From the NCBI GenBank assembly GCA_038087875.1, contig CM075987.1:23066001-23130000 (forward strand): a stretch of DNA of 64,000 nt, given 5' to 3'. The DNA is from Malacoraja senta. Its lineage: Eukaryota. The position numbers and the translations under genes are program-made. The notes below the pieces were generated by a model that saw nothing but the letters and a program-made list of their open reading frames with translations, was not told the DNA's origin and ran no database searches. Of this stretch, positions 23,603 through 35,934 are shown one piece after another; position 1 is the first letter of the stretch; every line of letters starts with the position of its first letter.

Positions 23603-24574
23603 TCATCCCACTCCCACTCTACCCTTTTGCGTAGCAGCCGGTGCAGAGGTGCTGCAGTCGCGGCATAGTCCTCTATAAAGTCTCGGCAGTAGCCCGTGAC
23701 TCCCAGAAATGATCTTACCCCTCCCCACGTCCGTTGGGACTGGGAGTTCCTGCACTGCCTGCCTTCTTGCTGTATCGATACCCCTTTCTCCGGCCCTAAG
23801 GGTCAGTCCCAAAAACTTTACCTCTTGTAACCCTATCTGTGCCTTCTTGGGATTTACTTTTAAACCGCTCTTACAGAGCAGCTCCAGCAGTTTGTTTACT
23901 AGGGGCCCATGTTCCTCACTGGTGTCCGTGAATAGCAAAATATCGTCCACATACTGGACGATCTTGTGGGGCTCACTGAATTCCTTTAAACATTCCGCCA
24001 TACATTGGTGGAAAATGCTGGGGCTATTGTGGAACCCTTGGGGAAGACAGTTCCACGTGTACTGCTGCCCCTTGAATGTGAAAGCAAATTTGTACTGGTC
24101 TTCCTTCCTGACCGGGATAGACCAGAAACCGTTTGAGATGTCTAGCACCGTAAATACAGATGCAGACGCCGGAATTTCCCCTAATAGGTCTGCTACGGCT
24201 GCCACAGTTGGAGCGCAAGCCGGAATATTCTTATTCAGGACCCTATAATCTACCGTGGCCCTCCAGGAATTGTCTGGCTTCCGTACGGGCCAGAGCGGTG
24301 AGTTCACGTGGTTGGCTATGGGCCTCAAAACGCCTTGCTTAACCAGTGAACTCAGGGCGACTTCTAAGTCAGCCTCTGCTTCTCGGGGAAAACTATACTG
24401 TTTCTGCGGTCGGGACATGGGATCCCCGTCTATCCTGACCTCTGTTCCTGTGACCCTTCCATAGTCGTGCTTGTGAGTAGCGAATGCGGCCAAATTTCGC
24501 TTAACCTGGCCTCGATACTCTGTCGGGGTCTGCCTCACTAGGGCCTCTACATCGTACCACTCTCTGGGCTTCAC
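23603..24574 (-). pseudogene. pol: pol: reverse transcriptase
   Basis: NSPLWPVRKPDNSWRATVDYRVLN, LDISNGFWSIP, LPQGFHNSP, QYVDDILL and VKFLG. Confidence 0.95.
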
Positions 24575-24599
24575 GACACACAGAGCCCCTCTCTGGTGC

Positions 24600-24975
24600 C
24601 CCCTCGATGACCATTACCTCCTTCTCTCTCTCAGCCCCTTCTCCTGCTATGCCCCACAAACAGTGGTTCCTCAGGTCCACCAGGACCTGGTGGGCCACTA
24701 TAAAGTCGGCGCCTAGTATCCCCTTTCCCTCCTGCTCCCAACTCATCAAGACGCATTTCCACTGCGCCTGGAGTGCTCCTAATGGAATGGACAAGGGAAC
24801 AGAGAAAAACCCCGACTTCTCGTTTCCTGTAAAACCGACAAGACTATAGGGCGCCCCACTAGATAGAGGGGATGTACGGGGATTGTCCGTGTGGACAATG
24901 GTACTGGAAGCACCTGTGTCCAGCAGGTAACTCCCGACCACATCCTGGACCTCCATCTTGACCCAGGGTCTCCCA
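24600..24975 (-). pseudogene. pro: pol: aspartic protease
   Basis: LLDTGASSTIV and GILGADF motifs. Confidence 0.9.
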
Positions 24976-25011
24976 CATGGGCCATATGAATGTGGGCTGT
25001 TTTGCTGGCAG

Positions 25012-26898
25012 TCATAAAGGTGCCGGGGTTGCGGATACGGGCGCGCCCTGGCCTGTTGCCATGGCTACCTGTCCGGACCCTCCCACTTTGGACTGCAAAT
25101 AGGCCAATAGATCTCTTACATCTATTGTTCCCGGCACGGCCGCTCCCTCCTCCGGGGCTGGGTCGGCTGTTACCGGGGTCCTATCCCCCACTGTTCTACT
25201 TGGGTTTCTGCACTCCCTCTTGTAGTGCCCGGGCTTCCCACACCCGTAGCTCACCGGCCTCATCTCGGAAGAGATCCGGCTGCCTTCCTGTTTCCACTCC
25301 CTCCTTTTGGGGGGTGCCGGTACTATTTCGTGCACCTTGCCCTTAAAGGGCTTCTCCTCACTTCTCTCCCCGTTGTGATACGCAAGGGTGAGCTTCCTTA
25401 TTACCTCCGCCTCGTTAAGGTTTGGGTCCGCTGGGTCGAGCCAGTGCTCGGCCTTTGCCCTAACTCGCGGGAGGCAATTCGCCACCAGAGTCTTCAGCCA
25501 GTGAGCTGTTCTCTCATCTAAATTCCGCCTATCTAAAGGCGTCCCACACTCTCCCTCATACACTGCCCACAGCCTGTCTGCGAACATGTCCGGGGACTCA
25601 GCTACCTGCTGCTTCGTCTCCCCCACCCTGGCGAAAGGACTACCCTGATTCAACCCCATGGCCTCCAGAACCACCGTTTGTGCCGCTACCCATGTTTCAG
25701 GTCTTCCCCCTTCCCTGGAGGTCACCGCCTTGCATAGGTAGGAATCCAGGGTCATCAGTAGTAGCTTTACCCGTTCTACCTCATCGCAATCGTTTATGTC
25801 GGCTGCCTGCTGCACCTCCATAAAATGCAATGACGGGTCTCCTGCCTTGGTTAACCTGGGAACATGAGTCACCATCCCCCTCAGCACGTGTGCCCCATGG
25901 GGAATGATGATATCACTCTCTATGGGCCCCCTATCTGCCTGCCCCACCGGGGCACCATATTTTCTTTGCCGTACCGGGCACATCTGCCCTACCAAGGGCT
26001 GTTGCCCCTTTACCCCCTGCTCTCACACCATGATCGGTAACCCCACCACCTCGTGGTGTGCTACACATGGTGCAGACGCCGCTAACTAAGGGGGCTCTCC
26101 TGCCCCTCCTTGGGCCTGTCCCTCCCCGGACAACCCGAACCCCACCTGCCGACCCGGACCTATTCCCGGCGGCTCAGGAGGCGGTCTATTCCCCTTTGCC
26201 TCTGGGGAATCATCTGCTGAGGGAAGCCCTCTGCACCTGGGGGACACCCCTGGTCCAACAAGGTGAACCCGTCCCCTAGTTTTGGACAGAGTCTCCTCCA
26301 GCTGCGCTATCCTTGCCTGGCAAGGCCCGTGATCTCAATCCCCTAGCTCGCTACGGGCCACCCTGTATGCTGCTTGTATAGCTTGGAACTTTCCCTCCAG
26401 CTACCTGTACTTCTGTGTACTCTGAGCCAGGAGTTCCTGGGCGTTCCGTTCCCTCTCCTTTGCCTCTACCGCCTGGCATTGGAGGAATTCCTGGGCATTT
26501 CTGTGGGACTCCCTAGCCTGCAAGATACACTGCCTGGCTTCACTGAGTTCCTCATATAGCCCTTCCCCTTCTCTAGCGCTTTCCTCAGCGCTGGCCCTAG
26601 CTTTTCTCAGTTGCTCTTCCAGACTATCTACCTGTCTCTCCATTTTGGCTACCTGCTGTGATAGGCACACTAGCCAAACTGCCTTTTCCTGCCCTTTATT
26701 ATAATCTTTGCTTTCCATCCATTCTGCTGCAGCTGCTGCAGACTGCTGTGCTGTCAAAAGTGCTACCACCCATTGTTTGGTGAGATTGATCTTTTTAAAC
26801 AGATAAGAGGAGATTCTCTCCTCCATCTTGCTACGTTCTCTCACCCCCTCTGGCAAGTCACATATCCCAAACCACCGAGGTCCTGCCATGGTCGCCAT
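25012..26898 (-). pseudogene. gag: gag with N-terminal coiled coil, capsid-like region and degenerate zinc knuckle
   Basis: ATG at 26898 (MATMAGPRWF), an E/Q/A/R-rich heptad region that continues through in-frame stops, ORF 25012-25995, and a knuckle SYGCGKPGHYKREC with the first Cys lost. Confidence 0.82.
26880..26897 (-). promoter_or_regulatory. Primer-binding site (tRNA-Ser-like)
   Basis: TGGCGACCATGGCAGGAC begins 3 nt after the 5' LTR end. The TGGCG...GCAGGA pattern resembles the complement of tRNA-Ser 3' ends; tRNA identity is not verified. Confidence 0.7.
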
Positions 26899-26900
26899 TC

Positions 26901-27847
26901 TGTAGGGGTTTTGGTTCCCTTTACTCCACTTCGGGCCCAACTGCCCGAAAAAGGGGTTCCCCTAGGTTCTAGACCTCGGAATTATGGTGGGATATGATAA
27001 AAGGTTGACTTGACCAGAGCGTGCTGATGAGAGAAAACAGAAACCAAGACGGACTCAAAGCAAGTCTAAAATTTACAGGCTTTATTAAACAATGAGAAAT
27101 CGAATCTCACCAACACTACATAATACGTGACTAAACTTATGCTTTAAACTAAGACTATGGAAAGAAAATTATCGGGCACGTCGTAAAACTTACTTTACAC
27201 AATTTAACAAATACACCCCCTTTCCCCTTCTTCTCTCAACCTCTATCCTATTTTGGGGAACTTCACCAGGTCGTCTGGGGTACTTACAGCTAGATCGATG
27301 CATGGTCAGGAGTCGTCCAACAGAGCAGAAAAGAGAGCGAGTTCTGGCTTGACTCCTGCTTTTTATACCTGAGTTTCTCCCTTGAAACCCCCCAGGTGGT
27401 CCTCTGGACAAAAGGGTCTTTTGATGATTCCCAGTTTAGATCTGGCATGAACAATAGGCTTCCGATGATAAGGGGTTTGCTGATGTCATGATGCCTCAGC
27501 CTGATCGTTATCCCATCGCCTAGATGGGCTCCCATTGTCCAGATGGAGGGTCATCCATGATGGTGATTGTGCTTGCTGCTGGCCTGTATACCACCGTCTG
27601 CTGAGGCTCGGTACCTTCCTTTGTGTTTCCAAGATAATCTCGTTGTCTCCGTCTCAGCCTTTCCTGCTCACACCATTCGCATAGTGGTGTAATGCCCAGG
27701 CCCACAGACAGGTTCGAAACTGGTTCTTCCTTTGTGGATTGTTTTTTTTTTTCCTTTTGCAGCCAGCATGTCTTTTTAAAATGTCCAGGTCCTTATCCCC
27801 GAGTTTCTTCCATAATCTTGGGGAGGATTTGCCCCCAATAACTTACC
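26901..27847 (-). repeat. 5' LTR
   Basis: Copy of 17957-18903 with about 15 differences counted by eye. TATA-like element at 27360-27367. Confidence 0.95.
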
Positions 27848-28455
27848 CTAGTCAGGATCAAACCCGGGTCTTTGGCGCTGTAAGGTAGGAACTCTACCGC
27901 TGCACCACCATGCCGCCCCACATACACTGACCCTGATATTCACACTGAGTGAGATGTGTCCAGGCCCATGTCGTGGACGCTTCTGTCAGTGTCATCTTTA
28001 AAAGAGAATTGGATTAAAACAAATGTGGGGAATCTAGTCAATCGCTCTGGTGCGGAACTGGTACAGAATTGATGAACGAAATGGATTCCTAGTGTGTTGC
28101 AAACAGTTATTCTTCTCCATCGGGGGAGTTAAACAAAGGTGCTGAAGAAGCATTTCACATACAAATGTGGAGAATGTTACAAAGATGGGGCACACAGATA
28201 TAAGGTAATTGAGAACAAAACGTGGCTAGACGGGCCGAATGGCCTCCTGACTTATGTCGCTCATTAGGCCTACATTATAATTCTGAGCCACTGTTGTTAA
28301 AGTCAGAGCATCTGCCCAGCGACCAAATTAACCACAATTCAAATCTATCTAACCTTCAATCCCCTTGCACGTTCATTCCCAGAGAGAGAGAGAGAGAGAG
28401 GAGATTCGAGGTTTCAACACTAGGTGGCAGCAGACACGTTCTTTTCAGATCTGCC

Positions 28456-29266
28456 CCACACACACACACACTGACCCTCACTGGGGTACAGGTCCCACAC
28501 ACACACACTGACCCTCACTGGGGTCTGGGTCCCACACACACACACTGACCCTCACTGGGGTCTGGGTCCCACACACACACACACACACACTGACCCTCAC
28601 TTGGGTCTGGGTCCCACACACACACACACTGACCCTCACTGGGGTACAGGTCCCACACACACTGACCCTCACTGGGGTACAGGTCCCACACACACACACA
28701 CTGACCCTCACTGGGGTACAGGTCCCACACACACACACTGACCCTCACTGGGGTCTGCGCCCCACACACACACACACACACACTGACCCTCACTGGGGTC
28801 TGGGTCCCCCACACACACACACTGACCCTCACTGGGGTACAGGTCCCACACACACACACTGACCCTCACTGGGGTACAGGTCCCACACACACACACTGAC
28901 CCTCACTGGGGTCTGGGTCCCACACACACACACACACACACACTGACCCTCACTGGGGTCTGGGTCCCACACACACACACACACACACTGACCCTCACTG
29001 GGGTACAGGTCCCACACACACACACACACACACACACTGACCCTCACTGGGGTCTGGGTCCCACACACACACTGACCCTCACTGGGGTACAGGTCCCACA
29101 CACACATACACTGACCCTCACTGGGGTACAGGTCCCACACACACACTCACACACACTGACCCTCACTGGGGTACAGGTCCCACACACACACTCACACAGA
29201 CACACACACTGGGGTCTGGGCCCCACACACACTGACCCTCACTGGGGTCCGGGTCCCACACACACA
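28456..29266. repeat. Minisatellite with variable (CA)n spacer
   Basis: About 20 units of CTGACCCTCACTGGGGT(ACA/CTG)GGTCC(CA)n. Confidence 0.95.
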
Positions 29267-29504
29267 TTGTTCCTCACAGGCCATGTCTTCACCCTAAGAT
29301 GCAGAATTCCCAGCTGAAGCCTCTCAGCTCTCTCTCTGCTGGGGCCCAATACCTCCTGTGGCCACCTCACATCTCATTGGAGACCACAGCTGTGAGGAAC
29401 CAAGAGTGTTTCACTGTGTGCGAGCTGCTAAATTCCAGCAGTGAGCAGCCATTGTTGCACATCTGGGCTGGATTACATTGCTGGGACACATCTGGGCAAG
29501 GGGG

Positions 29505-30370
29505 CATAATCTGACTTCAGTGGTGGGACAGATTTTAGAGTCCATTATTAAGGATAAGCTTTCGGGGTACTTGGAAACACACGATAAAACAGGCCAAAGT
29601 CAGCATGGTTTTGTGAAGGGGAGATCTTGTCCGACGAATCTGTTGGGATTATTTGAAGGAGTAAATAGCAGGACCCGGTGTGGGGTAACCGCTGTGGGGG
29701 AGGGGAGGGGGGGGGGGTTTGGGGGGGAGAACAAAAGGAGGAGCCATCGTGCTTTGTAACTTTGTCAGTGCCTTAGGTGGCCACTATTTGTATACAATGG
29801 GAATGCAAACAAATTTCACTCTGCCTTGTCACATATAACAATAAAGTATTTAATTCTGTTCCATACCATACGATACGATAGAACATTATTTATCCCAGGA
29901 GGGAAATTGATAGAACCGGATAGACAAAGGAGGGTCGGTGGAGTTTTCAGAAGGCCATTGATAAGTTGCCACACATGAGGCTGCTAAAGGACATAGGAGC
30001 CCATGTAGAATTCATTGTGGAGGCCAAGTCTGACTCCACTCCCCCCCCCCCCCCCCACCCCTTCTTCCCAAAGAATGAAGAATGAATCTTTGCACATCCC
30101 CAATCCTGGACTTTCCACACTTTTATTTCATGTTTCAGGTACCTTGCGGTGTTTTATGACGGTTGGCAGACTAACCTCCCTCCTGGGATAATATATCGCA
30201 TCGTAGCTTCAGTCATTGGGTATTTTTAAAACGGAGATTGATAGGTTCTTGAATAGGAAGGGCGTCAAGGGAGAATGGCGTTGAGAGGGATAAATAGATC
30301 AGCCATGATTGAATGGCGGAGTAGACTGGAAGGGCTGAATGGCCTAATTCTGATGCTATTCCTATGGTCT
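29505..30370 (+). mobile_element. Fragmented CR1 LINE with inserted short repeats
   Basis: LTSVVGQILESIIKD...SQHGFVKGRSCPTNLL and a CR1 3' UTR (AGATCAGCCATGATTGAATGGCGGAG). Confidence 0.75.
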
Positions 30371-30702
30371 CATGGTACACATCTGGACCAGCAAGCGATG
30401 GAGCAGTGCTGCCATCCTCTGGCCAGTGGTGGGGATACAAGTCCCCTGAGGGAGGGAGGGAGAGGTGGGGCTGGGGGGTGGGCAAGACATCACACTGGCC
30501 GTGGGGGAAAGAGAAATTACTTACAGAAGCAAATTGTTCAACTATTTGGGATAAATTAAGTTGCACCGTGCAGGGCCAGAAGGCATCCATGTTCCACGTT
30601 CTCCTAAGATGCCGACTGACCCGCTGAGTTGCTCCAGCACTCTGCATCCCATTGAAGGATCAGTCACTCACTGACAGGATAACACTTGAGTCAGTGTTGT
30701 GG

Positions 30703-31050
30703 GGTCAGGGTTACAGTGAGGGGTCACAGTGTCAAGGGTCAGGGTCACAGTGATGGGGATCGCAGTGTCAAGGGTCAGGGTCGCAGTGATGGGGTCACAG
30801 TGTCAAGGGTCAGGGTCACAGTGATGGGGATCACAGTATCAAGGGTCAGGGTCACAGTGATGGGGATCACAGTGTCAAGGGTCAGGGTCACAGTGATGGG
30901 GATCACAGTGTCAAGGGTCAGGGTCACAGTGATGGGGATCACAGTATCAAGGGTCAGGGTGGCAGTGAAGGGGTCACAGTGTCAAGGGTCAGGGTCACAG
31001 TGATGGGGATCACAGTATCATGGGTCAGGGTGGCAGTGAAGGGGTCACAC
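30703..31050. repeat. About 36-bp minisatellite (resumes at 31428-31510)
   Basis: Unit GTCAAGGGTCAGGGTCACAGTGATGGGGATCACAGT. Confidence 0.93.
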
Positions 31051-31427
31051 CAAAGATCCACTCGACGAAAAAGACGTAGTACGGTCACGGGCAGATTCAT
31101 GGGTAATTTTCGGCCCCATTTCCGTAACCGGCTTCCGTCTCCGCACCAAAGATCCCGTAGCGGAGCAAAGATAACTAGTGCAGAGACGGAAGCCGGTTAC
31201 GGAAACATCCTCGTAAAAATAAAAGTTCTTTGATAAAAATCTTCTCCTCATTTTCAGAATTTTAATTTATTAACACAAACTGTTGATTGCACTGCAGGTC
31301 GGGTCGGGTCGGGTCGGGTTATCGAAATGGATGAAAAAAAGGCTCACGTTCCGCTCCGTTGCGTACTACACGTCAGCCCATTGCATTTAGAAGGAGTGGT
31401 CTATCTTGCTCCGCTATAGGATCTTTG
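31051..31427. mobile_element. MITE with CAAAGATCC termini and 8-bp TSD (copy 1)
   Basis: TSD GGTCACAC on both sides, left TIR internally deleted, and highly similar to 58508-58906. Confidence 0.9.
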
Positions 31428-32254
31428 GGTCACACTGTCAAGGGGTTGTGTCACGCTGTCAAGGGTCAGGGTCACAGTGAGGGGGCGGGGGGTCACACTG
31501 TCGATGGTGTCAGTCGCTCAGTAAGATGGCGACGTTATTGAGGAATCAGTCGCAACATGAAAGGGTCAGTAAGATGGAGGCACCATCGAAGGGTCAGTCA
31601 GATGGGGACAGGCTGCCGTGGTCCTGGGGTGGGTGTGTGAGTCCTACCTGTGCCACAGTGTTGTAGTCCGGGGTCAGCTGGTGTCACTGGGTTTGGGCAG
31701 CGGGTGTAGAGTGGCTGACTTGTGGTGCGAGCCCTGAGTCAGATGGCGATGGTGCCAGTTCCCTGGGCACTGCCCTGGCAGCAACTCCATGCCATCTGCA
31801 GCTCACACATTGCCCAACATCCAGGCCCAGCTAAAAATAAATAAGGTATTTTTATATGCAGATCAGTTTGCAGCAATAAAACAAATTCTCGGGAGACGAA
31901 AGATTGTGCTAATTTCATAATTAAAGTCCAAATTAGTCTCTTTTATGTCAGAGAGATGGATTAACTTGGAAATCATTTTTTTTTAAATCATGCAGACACT
32001 TTGCATTGTGAGACTTCACAAATACCAAGTCCCTGAGTGACACTCGGGGGGGAACAGCGCGCGTTTTATGAAGCTGAATAAATTTAGTTCCTATTTAAAA
32101 ATAAATGCATTCATTGAGATTTTATGAAACAACGGAAGGGAAAAGCGTGACAGAGTTGTGGGCCGCGGGTGTGTGAACAAGAGAGTTGCAGGTAGACACA
32201 AAATACTGGAGTAACTCAGCGAGACAGGCAGCATCTCTGGAGAGAAGGAATGGG

Positions 32255-32808
32255 TAAAAGAGAGCTGCAGTTGCATATGACGTTGGCGAGGCCGCATTTA
32301 GAGTATTGTGTTCATTTCTGGGCACCGTGTTATAGGAAAGATGTTGTCAAGCTGGAAAGGGTACAGAGAAGATTTACAAGGATGTTGCCAGGACTAGAGG
32401 GTCTGAGCTATAGGGAGAGGTGGAGCAGGCTAGGACTCTATTCCTTAGAGCGCAGGAAGATGAGGGGTGATCTTGCAGAGGTGCATAAAATCATGAGAGG
32501 AATAGATTGGGTATACGCACAGAGTCTCTTGCCCAGACTAGGTGAATCGAGGACCAGAGGACATTCTGTAGGTTTAAAGTGAAGGAGAGAAGATTTAATA
32601 GGAAACTGAGGGGTAACTTTTTCACACAAAGGGTGGTGGGTGTATGGAACAAGCTGCCAGAGCAGGTAGTTGAGGCAGGGACTACCCCAACATTGAAGAA
32701 ACAGTTAGACACATACATGGAGAAGGCAGGTTTGGAGGAATATGGGCCAAACGCAGGCAGGTGGGACTAGTGTAACTGGGACATGTTGGCTGGTGTGGGC
32801 AAGTTGTG
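32255..32808 (+). mobile_element. CR1 LINE 3' fragment
   Basis: LARPHLEYCVHFWAPCYRKDVVKLERVQRRFTRMLPG...TRGH and FFTQRVVGVWNKLP. Confidence 0.9.
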
Positions 32809-32994
32809 CCTCATCCTCCTGCTCTCCAAGGAATAGAGTCCCAGCCTACTCCACCTCTCCCTATAGCTCAGACCCTCTAGTCCTGGCAACATCCTTGTAA
32901 ATCTTCTGTCCATTCCCTCCACAGATGCTGCCTGACCTGCTGAGTTCCTCCAGCACTTTGTGTTTTACTCCACAAGCCGTAGTAATCACTTTCG

Positions 32995-35934
32995 TGATAT
33001 AAATTTTTATTAGAAGCAAACATATTACAGTGTAGAGTAACATATTATAATAGAATAGAAGAAAAAAACTTTTCATATACATCAATCACTCATACATTAT
33101 TACATTTGTCAATTGTCAGTTAATTCTGCTTCTAGTGGGTTTTTTATATAGATAGAAAAAGAAAAATAGAGAGAAAGAAGAGAAAGAAAGAAGAATTTCA
33201 ATATCAAAAAAGAAAAAAAGGTGGAATGAATAACTTATAATACGTCATAGGAGATAAGTTCGAAGGTTATGAAATATAATTACATCTAATCCTGAGTTCA
33301 AGCTACAGTCGGGCTTTCGCGCTGGGCCACTCTATCCCTTCAAATAGGCAATGAATGGAGCCCATATTTTAACAAAAAGTTCTTGCTTGTCCATTAAGAC
33401 GAGTCTAATTCTTTCTAGATGTAGGGTCTCCGACATTTCCACAATCCACATTTTAATTGTGGGGGTTGTAGGGCCTTTCCAGAATTGTAATATTAATTTT
33501 TTCCCTGTTATTATACTGTAGTCAAGGAAGTTTCTTTGGCTTGTTGTGAGTGTTAAACTTTGTTCTGATATCCCAAGTATTATTAATTTTGAGTCTGGAG
33601 CTAGTTTGGTATTAACAACTTCAGAGATTATTTGAAAAATATCAGTCCAGTAATTTTTAATTTTTATACAATTTGCAAAGGTATGTGTTAAATTGGCCTC
33701 TAGGTGCAGGCATTTATCACATATAGGAAAAATATGTGGGAAAATTCTATTTAGTTTTATTTTGGAATAATGTAATCTGTGTAAGACTTTAAATTGTATT
33801 AAAGCATGTCTGGCATTTAACGAACATTAATGTATATGTTGTAAACTTTCGTCCCAAATATCTTTCGTAATAGGATAACCTAACTCATTTTCCCATTTAT
33901 GTCTATATAGTTCCATCGGTGGTTCCTCATTATTTAAGAGAATGTTATAAATATAAGCTATTAATTTCTCAGTGTTAGGATGCTTATTCAAACATTCAAG
34001 AATTTCTGGTTCCCTAGTCCTATAAACTTGTGTATTGGATTTAACATAATCTCTAATTTGTAAATATCTGAAAAAGTTATTTGAGTGTAGTCCATGATTC
34101 TGTTGTAACTCTTGAAATGACAGAAAGATGCCTTCCCTATAAAGATGTCCAATCCTTTTAATTCCATGATTTTTCCATTGTATAAAACCTCTATCCAATA
34201 TGGATGGCTTGAATAGAGGATTATTTACAATGGGAAGACATAGTGGTATATTATTCAGTTTTAAAGCCTTTTTTAATTGTTTCCAAATTCGTATTCCACT
34301 ATGTATTATAGGGTTTTCCTTATAGGTTTTTTTATGCAATTTTGTGGTAGCAAATATAATCGAACCTATTTCAAAAGGTAAACAGTCTTCCTTTTCCATC
34401 CTTAACTATTCTGGTTGTTGGTCCATTTCTTCCAGCCAGAAATTCATGTTTTTAATATGGACTGCCCAAAAATAAAATAAGAAATTTGGCAAAGCCAAAC
34501 CTCCGTTGCTCTTTGACTTACATAAATGTTTTTTACTTATTCTATGATTCTTATAATCCCAAATAAAGCTTGTAACAATGGAGTCGACTTTTTTGAAAAA
34601 GTTTTTTGGAATATATATCGGAATTAATTGAAATAAATATAGTAGTTGCGGTAAGAAAATCATTTTTATAGCATTAATTCTACCAAGCAGTGAAATAGGA
34701 AGTGTTTTCCAGTACTGAATATGTTTGCGTAATTTATTAAGTAAGGATGGAAAATTTTGTTTAAATAAAGAGGTATATGTCTTAGTTACATAGATTCCTA
34801 AATATTTAAGTTTATCTTTAACTATTTTAAAAGGGGATTGTTGTATTGTATTTAAGTTGAATTTTGTTATTGGCATAATTTCACTTTTATTCCAATTAAT
34901 CCTATATCCTGAGAACTGACCAAATTGTGTTATTAGATTTAATAGATTTGGAATACTAGTTTCTAACTTTGTAATATATATTAATACATCATCTGCATAT
35001 AAGGAAATTTTATTCCTTGTATCTCTAGTGTTGTACCCGTGTATTCCTGGATGGTTTCTAACGCTTTCTGCTAATGGTTCAATTGCAAGAGCAAATAATA
35101 GTGGGGATAGTGAACATCCTTGTCTACAACCTCGAGAAAGATTAAATTTGGCTGATAACATTTGATTTGTTAATATTCTAGCTGTTGGATTAGAGTATAA
35201 CAATTTAACCCATGTGCAGAACTTCTCTCCCAATTGAAATTTTTTCATTACCGAAAATAAATATGTCCATTCTACCTGGTCAAATGCCTTTTCAGCATCT
35301 AACGAAATAATTGCTAGATCTGCATTTGGAATTCTATTTGTATATATAATATTGAATAGTCTTTTCAAATTATAAAATGAGTAACGTTTTGGAATAAAAC
35401 CTGTTTGGTCCGGGTGTATTAATTTATTAATCACTAAGCTCAATCTATGAGATAGGATTTTGGTTAATATTTTCTGATCAGTATTTAAGAGAGCTATTGC
35501 TCTATATGAACCTGGGTCTTCAGGATCCTTATCCGGTTTCGGTATAAGTATGATTGTAGATTCATTTAGAGTTTCTGGAAGTTTCTGTTGAGTATATCTT
35601 GTTTGTAAAGTCTCTGTAGACGTGGAGAAATCAGATCGTAAATTTTTTAATAAAATTCAGAGCTTAGACCATCAGGACCTGTGGCCTTTCCATTTTTTTA
35701 AAGATCTAATTGACTCCTCGATGTCTTTTACCGTAATTTCTACATCTAGTGATTCTCTCTCTTTCTGATCTAGACCTGTAAGATTACATTTCTGTAGAAA
35801 TGTTTCCATTCCTACTGGTTGTTCTATTGTTTTAGATGAATACAATTTTTGATAATATTGTAAAAATCTATCATTAATATCTTTAGGTAGTGTTAATGTT
35901 TCTCCCTTATCTGATCTAATTTTGTAAATTAGAT
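32995..35934 (-). mobile_element. L1-clade LINE, 5'-truncated, disrupted ORF2
   Basis: IHPDQTGFIP, SLDAEKAFDQVEW, GCRQGCSLSPLLFALAIEPLA and LYADDVL. Same family type as 44052-47840. Flanked by a 73-bp direct repeat. Confidence 0.93.

Larger units (their letters stand above)
17957..27847 (-). mobile_element. Full-structure endogenous retrovirus-like provirus (lokiretrovirus-like): LTR-PBS-gag-pol-env-LTR
   Basis: Two 947-bp direct repeats, CTAG duplicated at both flanks, and gag, PR, RT, tether, RNase H, IN and env motifs in retroviral order, broken by stops and frameshifts. Confidence 0.93.

Noticed and set aside
28478..29232. Cys/Val-rich repetitive ORFs
   Set aside because: They are translations of the (CA)n-containing minisatellite.
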